A stretch of DNA of 63,790 bases from Cryomorphaceae bacterium ASP10-05a (GTDB lineage: Bacteria > Bacteroidota > Bacteroidia > Flavobacteriales_D > Sanyastnellaceae). Where the stretch lies: NCBI GenBank assembly GCA_000981645.1, contig LAQC01000008.1:1-63790 (forward strand). Reading direction: 5' to 3'. Of the stretch, positions 10,499-20,169 are shown in pieces (the first letter of the stretch is position 1; the number at the start of each line of letters is the position of its first letter). A program made the position numbers and the translations under genes. The notes beneath the pieces were generated by a model. The model searched no databases, was not told the origin of the DNA, and saw only the letters and a program-made list of their open reading frames with translations.

Positions 10499-11385
10499 GA
10501 TTAGCAGCCATAGACATAGGATCCAATGCCATTAGGCTATTAATAGAAGAAGTAATAAGAACAGAAAGTCAAAATTATGTGCGAAAGATATCCCTAACAA
10601 GAGTCCCTCTGAGGTTAGGAGAAGACTCATTCACCCTAGGGAAGATCACCACTAAAAAGACAAATCAATTAGTTCGAACCATGGAAGCTTTTTGGAACCT
10701 AATGGATGTCCATGAAGTCTCCGATTTTAGAGCTTGCGCCACATCGGCTATGAGAGAAGCTTCCAATGGAGTGAGTGTAGCAGAAATAGTCAGGTTAAGA
10801 ACCAATGTAGATATCGAAATTATTTCAGGTACAGAAGAGGCTTCATTGCTCTTTTCTAACTTCAAAGATTCTAGGCATATAGATGCTTTAAAATCTTATC
10901 TATACATAGACTTAGGCGGAGGGAGTACAGAGATTACACTTATAGAAAAGGGAAAAAGAACCGCAGCTAAATCATTTAAAATAGGAACAGTAAGAGGATT
11001 AAATAGGTCTAATATTGAGACTATCTGGAAAGAGCTAGAGGACTGGTTGATAGAGAATAAAATTAGAGAAAAGGAGCTCATAGGGATTGGGACCGGAGGA
11101 AATATAAATAGATTACATAAAGAGTCTGGTCTAAAGTCGGTTGAAAATCTAGAATTGGCTGTATTAGAAAATACCCATGAGTATCTCGCTAGCTATACTT
11201 ATGAGGAACGAATTAGTAAATTACGCCTAAAACCTGATAGGGCAGATGTAATAGTAATAGCCGCAGAAATTTACACCAGAATCATGAAGTCGGCATTGGT
11301 TCACGAAATTAAGGTACCTAAAGTCGGTTTGTCAGATGGAATAATACTGGAGTTATATAAAAATTGGGAGAACAAAATCAGCTGA
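10495..11385 (+). CDS. ppx: Exopolyphosphatase of the Ppx/GppA family (short form)
   Basis: The 296-aa product has the ASKHA-fold phosphate-1 motif AAIDIGSNAIRLLI and DLGGGSTEITL. It overlaps the ppk1 stop by 4 nt. Confidence 0.9.
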   Translation: MRLAAIDIGSNAIRLLIEEVIRTESQNYVRKISLTRVPLRLGEDSFTLGKITTKKTNQLVRTMEAFWNLMDVHEVSDFRACATSAMREASNGVSVAEIVRLRTNVDIEIISGTEEASLLFSNFKDSRHIDALKSYLYIDLGGGSTEITLIEKGKRTAAKSFKIGTVRGLNRSNIETIWKELEDWLIENKIREKELIGIGTGGNINRLHKESGLKSVENLELAVLENTHEYLASYTYEERISKLRLKPDRADVIVIAAEIYTRIMKSALVHEIKVPKVGLSDGIILELYKNWENKIS

Positions 11386-11432
11386 TCTCATTACTCCCAA
11401 TTAAATTAGTTATAAAGTCTTTTTTTAAAGGT

Positions 11433-12881
11433 CTAGTTGAAGTTTTCGTTCATCCATTTTTCCAGTTTGAAAGCTCTGTCGGGCTTGAGTAATAATTCAC
11501 CTTTGGAATCTAAAAGGAACATTACTGGAGTAGTAGAAATTCTGTAATCCTTAGCTACATCACTTTGCCATCCTTCCAGTTGGCTCACGTTAATCCAGTT
11601 ACACTGTTTCGCTTTTATTCCGTTTAGCCAGGCATTCTTTTCCATGTCTACAGAGACTCCTATTATCTCAAATCCTTTAGCCTTGTGAGCATCATAGATT
11701 TTCTTGATTACTGGCATCTCTTGTTCACATTTGTGACACCATGAGGCCCAAAACATAACTAGTGTCAGATCATTTTTAGCAGCGACAGTTCTTAGATTTA
11801 CGCTTTTTCCGTTCTCATCCAGAATGGTGAAATCGGCAGGAGTGTTTCCAATTTTAAGACTCTTTAAATCCTCTTTCCTGCGCTTCATAATGTTGGCTAC
11901 ATCTGAATCACCACAAGCATTATCGTTCAAATAATTGTCAGCTATATAAAATGCCTCATCTTCCATTCCGCTTGTGTAAAATCCTTCCATCATAGTAAAC
12001 AGCATGAAGTATTTGACCTTATCGTTAACCGATGCTTTATCTTGAATTTCATCAGCAGCATTGTAAAAGCCATTCTCTCTATCCTTACTAGCATGAATCC
12101 TCATGTAATCTTGTATTCTATCATTAAGGGCCATACTTCTTACCAAAGACTCATCAGAGAAGTCGATGTCCTTCCAGTAGTTTCCTTGGTCGAATCTATT
12201 CGGGCTCTGCATTCTTCTTATCATCTTAGCGAAGAATGTATTCGGATAACTTTCAGCCATAGCGTCTTGCTGAACTTTTAGCGTTTTTTCTTGCTTATAA
12301 ATTAGTTTCAGCTTAACATCTGTAGATGCCTTCATCCCTCTGATTTTTTTCAGTTCAGCCTTGTGCTTATTTAGAGCATTCTTGTGCTCTGTAAGAGCTT
12401 TGTTTTCTTCTGAGTTCGTTACTTTAATAGTTCTCTCCATATTCAGAGCATTTCCAGAAAGGTTAATGCTCTTTTCATCAGGATTCAGTATAAATTCACC
12501 TAGCTGATATTTTTTAAATCCAATTTTATGAACCCCTATTTTGACATCCTTAAGGTTCAGGGTGAAAGCTCCGTTTTTTACTATTATGCTGTCTAAGATG
12601 AAAACATCTTTCCCTTCAGTTTCATAAATTTTCACTAGTTTTCCTTCCACACTGGCTCCATTGGTAATAGTTCCATTAATAGTGAAGTCACCTGAAATAT
12701 CTCCTATTTCATTTTTATCCGTATAATCAATAGATGAAGATTTAGAAACCTTTGAAGAAGAAGTCTCCGCCGTGTTTTCAGTAGAAATCGATTTCTCATC
12801 ATTTGAGGCATTAGAAGCTGTAGATTCGCAGCCCGCGGACATTAATAAGAATGAAGTAAGAATGCTAAAAAGTATTTTCAT
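11433..12881 (-). CDS. TlpA-like thiol:disulfide oxidoreductase lipoprotein (thioredoxin fold)
   Basis: The 482-aa product has a lipobox (LLMSAGC). Its C-terminal thioredoxin-like domain carries the CxxC motif in WASWCHKCEQEMP. Confidence 0.85.
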   Translation of the reverse strand: MKILFSILTSFLLMSAGCESTASNASNDEKSISTENTAETSSSKVSKSSSIDYTDKNEIGDISGDFTINGTITNGASVEGKLVKIYETEGKDVFILDSIIVKNGAFTLNLKDVKIGVHKIGFKKYQLGEFILNPDEKSINLSGNALNMERTIKVTNSEENKALTEHKNALNKHKAELKKIRGMKASTDVKLKLIYKQEKTLKVQQDAMAESYPNTFFAKMIRRMQSPNRFDQGNYWKDIDFSDESLVRSMALNDRIQDYMRIHASKDRENGFYNAADEIQDKASVNDKVKYFMLFTMMEGFYTSGMEDEAFYIADNYLNDNACGDSDVANIMKRRKEDLKSLKIGNTPADFTILDENGKSVNLRTVAAKNDLTLVMFWASWCHKCEQEMPVIKKIYDAHKAKGFEIIGVSVDMEKNAWLNGIKAKQCNWINVSQLEGWQSDVAKDYRISTTPVMFLLDSKGELLLKPDRAFKLEKWMNENFN

Positions 12882-12901
12882 TTCGTGCTGTTTTTGAAGT
12901 A

Positions 12902-12909
12902 CAAATATA
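12902..12909 (-). promoter_or_regulatory. Candidate -7 box (TATATTTG) for the TlpA-like gene
   Basis: The box matches TAnnTTTG on the minus strand, 20 nt upstream of the ATG at 12881. Confidence 0.5.
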
Positions 12910-12967
12910 CAACGTACGTTAGGCTCATTTAAGGTTTAACAGTTCTCTAACAAAAAAAGACCAACTA

Positions 12968-13525
12968 TTGGAAATTTCTCAAGTATTAAATACCCTCCAG
13001 CTAACAGAAATGCCGCCTAGTGATGTTTTAGAGGAATTAGTGGAAGATGAAGTATTTCATTTACGTGATTATTTTCTACGAAATCCGGTAGTTAAGCAGC
13101 TTTATACCGCTAGAGTTAGAAAGTTGAATAAGCTTTTAGAAATACAAAAGCATTACATAAATAATAAAGAGTGTAAATCTTCAGAAGTATCTGAGAGTAT
13201 TAAGTTAGTCGGTTCAGATTTTCTTGAGGTTTTGCAGGACTTCGAGAAAAACCAATCTAATTTAAGAGGTCAGTTAGCAGCCACTTTAACCATCTGGCGG
13301 CTTATAGAAATAGTAGAAACATTAATCCAACTGCAGCAGGAGTATGAAAAGCAATTTAAATTAATCTTTGAAAAGAATTTCTCGGGGTTTAAGGCTTCAG
13401 TCCCAGTGAAGTTGTCCGATCACCTAGCCACTGGAGAAGTCATTCGTTTTCTTCAGCAGAAAGATTTAGAGGCCGCTAGGCCCTCAATAGAAAAAGAATA
13501 TTCCAGAATTTTACTCATACCTTAG
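12968..13525 (+). CDS. Hypothetical helical protein
   Basis: This 185-aa ORF has a TTG start and a coiled-coil-like composition. I recognised no motif. Its 3' end overlaps the convergent permease gene by 15 nt. Confidence 0.5.
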   Translation: MEISQVLNTLQLTEMPPSDVLEELVEDEVFHLRDYFLRNPVVKQLYTARVRKLNKLLEIQKHYINNKECKSSEVSESIKLVGSDFLEVLQDFEKNQSNLRGQLAATLTIWRLIEIVETLIQLQQEYEKQFKLIFEKNFSGFKASVPVKLSDHLATGEVIRFLQQKDLEAARPSIEKEYSRILLIP

Positions 13526-14746
13526 AGCATCTATAGGGTCTAGCTCAGATGCTTTTTTAGCGGGGTAATATCCGCTAACTACACTAACCACAAAACAAAG
13601 TGCGACACCTATAAAAAGCCACATCCATGGCACGGTAAAACCTGTGCTTAAGAAAAGCGCAGTCACATTTCCGAATAATACCCCGAAAACAATTCCTACT
13701 ATACCGCCTATTTGTCCTATGATTATAGCTTCGATTAAAAACTGTTGTTTAATTAAAGAAGCGCTGGCTCCTATCGCTTTCCTTACTCCTATTTCTTTAG
13801 TTCTTTCAGTTACTGAAACAAGCATAATATTCATTAAGCCTATGCCAGCCCCTAGAAGAGTTATAAAGCCCAGAACAGTAGCAGCTAAAGTAACATTACT
13901 TAGATTTTCTATAACCATGCTTGCAGTACTGTCTGCTTTATTAATTTGAAAGGAATCTTCACCAATACCATCTTTTCTTATAAGTTTCATGCTGCCCATA
14001 GCCACTTGGATGGCATTATTCAATTCTCTAGGATCAGATACCATCACATTTGTTCTGTAATCCGTAGATGCGGTTTCGTATGATTTTTTGATAACACTTA
14101 CAGGAATTAGACATTGATTGTCACCACTTAAATTTAGGGTATTTCCCTTTGAGGCCAAAATCCCTATGACAGTGAACTTCCGAGAGTCTATAGAGATGTG
14201 CGAGCCTACTGCCGTTTCACGATTTGTAAATAGCTTTTTCACTATGTCTGATCCTATGATTACTACATTGTTCCCTAAAGAAATTTCAGTTCTAGAGAAA
14301 TTCCTGCCAGATTCTATAGAGTAGCCAGAGAGTTCTAAATAATTCTCATCTACCCCATTAACCATTACGTTAGGGTTTGTTAATTCAGAAAGGTGTTTGA
14401 CCGTAGCACCAAATTTGGCCATAGCTGTAATGCTTACTAGATCTTCCCTAGGATATTTTCGTTTGAATTCTTTGGCTTCAGAATAGCTAATATCTTTATA
14501 CTTTTTATTGACTTGGCCTCCTCGCCTTCCTCTGGTGTTATTGGCTTTAATAATAAATGTATTCGTGCCTAGAGAGGTAAATTCACTGCTTATTTTCTTT
14601 TCTAGTGCGGTAGTGGCAGTGATTATGCTTATCAAAGCCGTAATACCTATCGCTATAATAAGAACCGTAAGAGTAGTCCTTAGAAGTTGCGCTCTCACCG
14701 ACTTAATAGCCACATTTATATTCTCGATAACTGCTTTTCTTTTCAC
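13511..14746 (-). CDS. ABC transporter permease, MacB/FtsX family
   Basis: The 411-aa product has an N-terminal TM, a large periplasmic domain and a C-terminal FtsX-type 3-TM bundle (VTERTKEIGVRKAIGAS). No ATPase gene is adjacent. Confidence 0.88.
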   Translation of the reverse strand: MKRKAVIENINVAIKSVRAQLLRTTLTVLIIAIGITALISIITATTALEKKISSEFTSLGTNTFIIKANNTRGRRGGQVNKKYKDISYSEAKEFKRKYPREDLVSITAMAKFGATVKHLSELTNPNVMVNGVDENYLELSGYSIESGRNFSRTEISLGNNVVIIGSDIVKKLFTNRETAVGSHISIDSRKFTVIGILASKGNTLNLSGDNQCLIPVSVIKKSYETASTDYRTNVMVSDPRELNNAIQVAMGSMKLIRKDGIGEDSFQINKADSTASMVIENLSNVTLAATVLGFITLLGAGIGLMNIMLVSVTERTKEIGVRKAIGASASLIKQQFLIEAIIIGQIGGIVGIVFGVLFGNVTALFLSTGFTVPWMWLFIGVALCFVVSVVSGYYPAKKASELDPIDALRYE

Positions 14747-14945
14747 AAGAGTAAAATTAAGGTTTGATCACATAGACCAAAGTGAATAAAGCATAAGATT
14801 TCGGCTAAAAATAGAGGAGTAAATCTTGGTTTTTTTTCGAGAAACTAGAACTTTAAAAACTCCGTGTACTAAATACACGGTATAAGGGTTTGTTTATTAA
14901 CTTATTAAGACAGAGCGTTGCAACGATGAATTCCATAGTAATTAG

Positions 14946-14953
14946 TACTTTTG
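14946..14953 (+). promoter_or_regulatory. Candidate -7 box (TACTTTTG) for acnA
   Basis: The box matches TAnnTTTG, 22 nt upstream of the ATG at 14976. Confidence 0.5.
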
Positions 14954-14975
14954 AGCACCGATAAAATTTAACAGA

Positions 14976-17246
14976 ATGGCATTTGACATAGATATGATAA
15001 AAGCGGTCTATGACCGTTACCCTAGTAGAGTAGCAGCAGCGAGAAAAGCTGTCGGAAAACCACTAACTCTCACAGAAAAAATTCTTTATTCCCATCTTTG
15101 GGATGGAGATGCGGGTACCGTTTTCCAGAGAGGTAAATCATACGTAGATTTTGCTCCAGACCGCGTAGCAATGCAGGATGCTACAGCACAAATGGCGCTT
15201 ATGCAATTCATGCAAGCCGGAAAGAAAAAAGTTTCTGTTCCTTCTACAGTGCACTTGGATCACTTGATTCAAGCTAAAATGGGAGCAGACAAAGATCTTC
15301 AGAATGCCATTAATCAGTCTAGTGAAGTATTTAACTTTTTAGAGTCCGCATCTAATAAATACGGAATAGGCTTCTGGAAGCCAGGAGCTGGAATCATTCA
15401 TCAAGTAGTTCTAGAAAACTACGCATTCCCGGGAGGAATGATGATAGGGACTGATTCTCATACAGTAAATGCAGGAGGACTTGGTATGGTAGCCATCGGA
15501 GTAGGTGGAGCAGATGCAGTAGATGTAATGGCAGGAATGGCTTGGGAACTTAAATTCCCTAAGCTAATAGGAATTAAACTAACAGGAAAACTTAGCGGAT
15601 GGACAGCTTCCAAAGATGTAATCCTTAAAGTCGCAGGTATTTTAACTGCTAAAGGTGGAACAGATGCTATTGTAGAATACTTCGGAGAAGGAGCTATAGG
15701 ATTATCAGGAACAGGAAAAGGAACTATCTGTAACATGGGAGCAGAAATAGGAGCGACCACTTCTACTTTCGGTTATGATGATTCAATGGAAAGATACCTA
15801 AGAGCTACAGGAAGAGACGAGGTGGCAGATGCTGCTAATGGAATTAGAGAACATTTAACAGGAGATCCAGAAGTATATGCTAATCCAGAGGAGTACTTTG
15901 ATCAGGTAATAGAAATTAATTTAGATGATTTAAGGCCGCACCTAAACGGACCGTTTACTCCAGATTTAGCTACACCAGTAGGAGAGATGAATGCTAAAGC
16001 GGTAGCTAATGATTGGCCGTTAGATGTTGAGTGGGGATTAATAGGGTCATGTACTAACTCATCTTACGAAGATTTAAGTAGAGCTGCTTCTGTAGCTAAA
16101 CAGGCTTTGGATAAAGGACTACCAATGAAGTCTCAGTTAGGAATAAACCCAGGCTCTGAGCAAGTAAGATATACAGCTGCTAGAGATGGTCTTTTGAACA
16201 TATTTGAAGATTTAGACGCCACTATTTTCACTAACGCCTGTGGTCCATGCATAGGTCAGTGGGCAAGATATAGTGATCCCAAAAATGCTCCCAAAAACAG
16301 CATCGTTCACTCGTTTAACAGAAACTTTGCAAAGCGAGCAGACGGAAACCCGAACACACACGCATTTGTATCATCTCCAGAAATGGTAGCAGCTATAGCT
16401 ATTAGTGGAAGATTAGACTTTAATCCACTTACAGATACTTTAGTAAATAAGGATGGAGTGGAAGTAAAGTTAGATGAGCCTACAGGTTTTGAGCTTCCTC
16501 CTAAAGGATTTGATGTGGAAGATAATGGTTATATAGAGCCCGCAGCAGATGGGGCTCAAGTGCAGATTGAAGTAAAAAATGATTCTGAAAGATTGCAGGT
16601 TTTAAGTCCATTTAAGCCATGGAATGGTGAGAATATAACAGGAATGAAACTGCTAATCAAAGCACATGGAAAATGCACCACAGACCACATTTCTATGGCA
16701 GGTCCATGGTTAAGGTATAGAGGACATTTAGATAATATTTCTAATAACTGTCTGATAGGAGCTGTCAATGCATTTAATATGGAGACCAACAAAGTAAAGA
16801 GCCAGTTAACAGGTGAGTACGGTGAGGTTCCAGCTACAGCGAGAGGTTATAAAGCAGACGGAGTTTCTACTGTTGTGGTGGGAGATCATAACTATGGTGA
16901 AGGTTCTTCTAGAGAGCATGCAGCCATGGAGCCGAGACATTTAGGTGTTATGGTAGTTATAGTAAAGTCTTTTGCTAGAATTCATGAAACTAATCTTAAG
17001 AAGCAGGGAATGTTAGGTTTAACATTCTCCACGGAGGCTGATTACGATTTAATTCAGGAAGACGATACGCTTAACTTTTTAGATCTTAACACATTCACAG
17101 CAGAAAAACAGTTAACGCTAGAGGTAGTTCATAAAGATGGATCTAAAAATGAAATCAAGTTAAACCATACTTACAATGAATCTCAGATAGAATGGTTCAA
17201 AGAAGGTTCAGCGCTTAACTTAATAAGAAAGAATGAAGGTCTTTAA
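14976..17246 (+). CDS. acnA: Aconitate hydratase
   Basis: The 756-aa product has aconitase Fe-S ligand motifs ([23 protein letters not shown]) and a swivel domain at the C-terminus. Confidence 0.95.
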   Translation: MAFDIDMIKAVYDRYPSRVAAARKAVGKPLTLTEKILYSHLWDGDAGTVFQRGKSYVDFAPDRVAMQDATAQMALMQFMQAGKKKVSVPSTVHLDHLIQAKMGADKDLQNAINQSSEVFNFLESASNKYGIGFWKPGAGIIHQVVLENYAFPGGMMIGTDSHTVNAGGLGMVAIGVGGADAVDVMAGMAWELKFPKLIGIKLTGKLSGWTASKDVILKVAGILTAKGGTDAIVEYFGEGAIGLSGTGKGTICNMGAEIGATTSTFGYDDSMERYLRATGRDEVADAANGIREHLTGDPEVYANPEEYFDQVIEINLDDLRPHLNGPFTPDLATPVGEMNAKAVANDWPLDVEWGLIGSCTNSSYEDLSRAASVAKQALDKGLPMKSQLGINPGSEQVRYTAARDGLLNIFEDLDATIFTNACGPCIGQWARYSDPKNAPKNSIVHSFNRNFAKRADGNPNTHAFVSSPEMVAAIAISGRLDFNPLTDTLVNKDGVEVKLDEPTGFELPPKGFDVEDNGYIEPAADGAQVQIEVKNDSERLQVLSPFKPWNGENITGMKLLIKAHGKCTTDHISMAGPWLRYRGHLDNISNNCLIGAVNAFNMETNKVKSQLTGEYGEVPATARGYKADGVSTVVVGDHNYGEGSSREHAAMEPRHLGVMVVIVKSFARIHETNLKKQGMLGLTFSTEADYDLIQEDDTLNFLDLNTFTAEKQLTLEVVHKDGSKNEIKLNHTYNESQIEWFKEGSALNLIRKNEGL

Positions 17247-17270
17247 TTAAGGGTTTTATGTATAAACTTC

Positions 17271-17303
17271 AAGAGGTCTTCAATTTGAAGACCTCTTTTT
17301 TTT
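17271..17303 (+). terminator. Rho-independent terminator of acnA
   Basis: An 11-bp perfect stem pairs aagaggtcttc (17271-17281) with gaagacctctt (17287-17297). A T-run follows to 17303. Confidence 0.85.
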
Positions 17304-17628
17304 GATTTAAAAATCATTGCAAATCTGTTCTGCGGCCTGAGAAATAAATGTAACGTACAGAAAAGAAAACCTTAATGAGACGCTAGAGATTATTCAAAGT
17401 AGAATATAAAAAGTTCATGTTACTTATGAACCAGATCACAATTATACTACTAGTTATCAGTCCCATGCCGTTACAGTATTTTAAATAAAATTACGTCAAC
17501 CCCCGAAGTTACTATATTCTCACTTCGGGAAAGAGATGTTTTTATCACCTGCGCTTGGAGAGTCTTCAGGAACTTAGACTATTAGAGCAGAGAGGGTTTT
17601 GTACGAGTAAATGAAAAAATGATAGCCA

Positions 17629-18012
17629 TTAGTTAATAGAAGTCTTGCTGACTAATACTCCTCGTCTGTAGATGTACTCGATGTGCTTGTTACCCAATTT
17701 ATCATAGTCATACATGGTGCCTTCTTCAAGACCATTTTGATAAAACTCTTGAGATTTCATTGAACCGTTCTCCCAGTAATATGTCCAAAATCCGTGCTCT
17801 ACTCCACCCTCATAACTTCCTTCATAGTCTAACTGACCTTCCTTATAGAAGACTTGTTCTTTAAGAATTTCTTGAGTTCCTGATTCTAGAAAATACACTA
17901 CCATCGGGTTCCCATTCGGCCAGGAACGAGCGAGGTATTCATCTTGGGCACTAACATCATTAGAAATGATGCTGATGATGAATATGAAAGATATGTTTAA
18001 AATGGTTTTCAC
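17629..18012 (-). CDS. Secreted MORN-variant repeat protein (YwqK-like)
   Basis: The 127-aa product has a signal peptide and MORN-type repeats (YKEGQLDYEGSYEGGVEHGFWTYYWENGSMKSQEFYQNGLEEG). Confidence 0.75.
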   Translation of the reverse strand: MKTILNISFIFIISIISNDVSAQDEYLARSWPNGNPMVVYFLESGTQEILKEQVFYKEGQLDYEGSYEGGVEHGFWTYYWENGSMKSQEFYQNGLEEGTMYDYDKLGNKHIEYIYRRGVLVSKTSIN

Positions 18013-18135
18013 AATATAATGTGCTTGAATACGTCAGTTTTTCTATGGAGGTTACCAAAAACAAACCCAAGTTTTCACTTGATCTCTGAGTAACTAAAAT
18101 AGAGGCACTACGTATAAAATAAATCACACAAGTTA

Positions 18136-19560
18136 TTGAAAAGTTTATTTGCAATATTATTTATTTTATTCCTTTCTGCGTCAGGAAGTACTCAGTCATT
18201 TTCAGATTTCTCAAAGGAAGATGTTTATTCAGATATAGAGTTTTTGTTTGCTCATTTACAGGAGATTCACCCTAATTCATCGGAAGTGGATTCCTCCAAG
18301 ATAGAACTAATAAAGTGTGGATTAAAGTCAGAATATTACTCTGAGAGTGATGCCTTTTTTATTTTTAATGGATTCCTGAAGCTTCTTAACGATGGTCATA
18401 GTAATGTCAAATTTTCTTCTGAGAGAACAAAAGAAATTATTCAATATGGAGAGTTTTTTCCATACCAATTAGAGTTTTTCGATTCTACAGCTGTCGTTAC
18501 AGGTACTATTGGAGTGCGGTATGAAGAAGTTCAAAGAAGAGAAATATTCAAGATAAATAATATTCCTATTAAATCTATTCTAGAAGATTTGGCTGTAGTT
18601 TCTATGGTAGATGGAGAACATAACACCTCTAGTAGTGAATGGCTGTCTGATGATTTTTGGTTCTATTTCACGCTTTATAATGGATTTAGAAGCTCATACA
18701 GTATCACTTACCTAGAAAATGGCAGAGAATTCCATGAAATAGCCAAAGCGTTAAATCGAAATGAATTTTTAAAAACATCTTTTTTAGATGACTTTAATTC
18801 GGAGCCATTTGATCTAAGTTATATAAATGGAATAACCGTGTTATCTGTTTCTAACTTTAATCAGAAGTCTCCACTATGGTGGAAAATAAAATTGAAGTCC
18901 ATATTTAAAGAACTAGATAAACGGGGTGTTTCTGAACTCGTTTTGGATTTAAGAGATAATGGAGGGGGGCAAGAAAATCTGCAGAATATTCTTTTAGAGT
19001 CTTTCGGAGTATCAATCTCTAATAAGTATGAATTGGAAGTAATTAAGAAGATTGATTTTAAAACAGTCAGTGGGATTCAAAACGAACGGAAGGAGAAGTT
19101 GAAATCTTTGGGGCTTGAGAATTTCGTGTTTAGAGAAGATTATGGAGACGATTTCAAAGGTAGAAAAGGCACTCATTCTAAGTCAGCCAAACAGCGCTAC
19201 TCTGGTGAGTTATTTATTCTTATAGACGGCACTACATTTAGCTGCGCTAGTGATGCTGCAGCTATACTAAAAGAAAATTACCCTCGAACCAAATTAATCG
19301 GTACCGAAACTAGAGGAAGCGGAAAAGTTAATTATGCAGGTTATTTTGTTTACGTGGAATTACCTAAAACAGGGTTGGTGATAAGAGTTCCTAGGGTAAA
19401 GTATATTTTGAATAACAAGTTGTGTTCTGAGTATTCAGGTATCATTCCTGATATTCATGTGGCCATGGATAAGTCAGATGTTCAGAAAGACATAGACTCT
19501 CAACTAACGTTTCTATTCAATTATTTAAAAGAGAAAGAAAGAGCTTTAGAGGAAGATTAA
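18136..19560 (+). CDS. Peptidase S41 family protein (tail-specific protease-like)
   Basis: The 474-aa product begins with a TTG start at its signal peptide (MKSLFAILFILFLSASG). It carries S41 motifs LDLRDNGGGQ and LIDGTTFSCASDAAA. Confidence 0.8.
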   Translation: MKSLFAILFILFLSASGSTQSFSDFSKEDVYSDIEFLFAHLQEIHPNSSEVDSSKIELIKCGLKSEYYSESDAFFIFNGFLKLLNDGHSNVKFSSERTKEIIQYGEFFPYQLEFFDSTAVVTGTIGVRYEEVQRREIFKINNIPIKSILEDLAVVSMVDGEHNTSSSEWLSDDFWFYFTLYNGFRSSYSITYLENGREFHEIAKALNRNEFLKTSFLDDFNSEPFDLSYINGITVLSVSNFNQKSPLWWKIKLKSIFKELDKRGVSELVLDLRDNGGGQENLQNILLESFGVSISNKYELEVIKKIDFKTVSGIQNERKEKLKSLGLENFVFREDYGDDFKGRKGTHSKSAKQRYSGELFILIDGTTFSCASDAAAILKENYPRTKLIGTETRGSGKVNYAGYFVYVELPKTGLVIRVPRVKYILNNKLCSEYSGIIPDIHVAMDKSDVQKDIDSQLTFLFNYLKEKERALEED

Positions 19561-20135
19561 AGTTCTTCTTTATCAGCTAGAAAACTGCCGCTGAAAGAGG
19601 ATGAGGTCGTCAAAGGAGTTATCCCGTCTAATGAAGGAGCGATATCTAGTTCAAATGTGATATCGTCAGTCACTGCGCCTGGCGCGCCTTGAATCAATTC
19701 AAAAGCTCCAGCAGTAACAACATATTCAGTTAAAGGAGAAAGAGAATTGAAATTAACCTCTTCTATTATAAAAGTCACATTATTAGAATCTGGATGAGCT
19801 TGGAAGAATCTTACATTACTTAAGCCTAAAAGATCACCCTCACTGAGCGCTGGAATAACCACTCTCATATTTAAATGATGAGGCTCTACTTCTCCTTCTA
19901 ATTCTATTTTCGTAGTAGTGTAATAGTCTTTACCCGTAATAACATCAATCCCAAAATCATCGGTGTCATTGGCTAAAGTTATCCAATGTGCATCAGTAAG
20001 CTGATATGGAGCACCATCAAAAGACAAGCTTCCACATTCACAATTATACGTTAAATCGTTAGGGGTAACTTCTTTTTTACAAGAAGCGAAAAGCAGTACA
20101 TCAAGGATTAAAAAAATGAGAATTTTCTTATACAT
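19557..20135 (-). CDS. Lipoprotein of unknown function
   Basis: The 192-aa product has a lipobox (LLFASC). It overlaps the S41 gene by 4 nt in convergent orientation. Confidence 0.6.
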   Translation of the reverse strand: MYKKILIFLILDVLLFASCKKEVTPNDLTYNCECGSLSFDGAPYQLTDAHWITLANDTDDFGIDVITGKDYYTTTKIELEGEVEPHHLNMRVVIPALSEGDLLGLSNVRFFQAHPDSNNVTFIIEEVNFNSLSPLTEYVVTAGAFELIQGAPGAVTDDITFELDIAPSLDGITPLTTSSSFSGSFLADKEEL

Positions 20136-20169
20136 AAGTCTAATTTAGAATTTGTGAAATTACCTATTT

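Noticed and set aside
17304-17628. A 325-bp non-coding spacer after acnA, with an 8-bp hairpin (cccgaagt...acttcggg, 17502-17529) and tiny ORFs of 15-23 aa
   Set aside because: I looked for SRP RNA, RNase P, 6S and riboswitch hallmarks and found none. The hairpin lacks a T-run on either strand. No evidence supports an ncRNA call.
17629-18012. The MORN/YwqK-like protein as the antitoxin of a toxin-antitoxin pair, since this family is often labelled that way
   Set aside because: The protein has a signal peptide and no adjacent toxin gene. Its neighbours are a divergent S41 peptidase gene and the acnA terminator.
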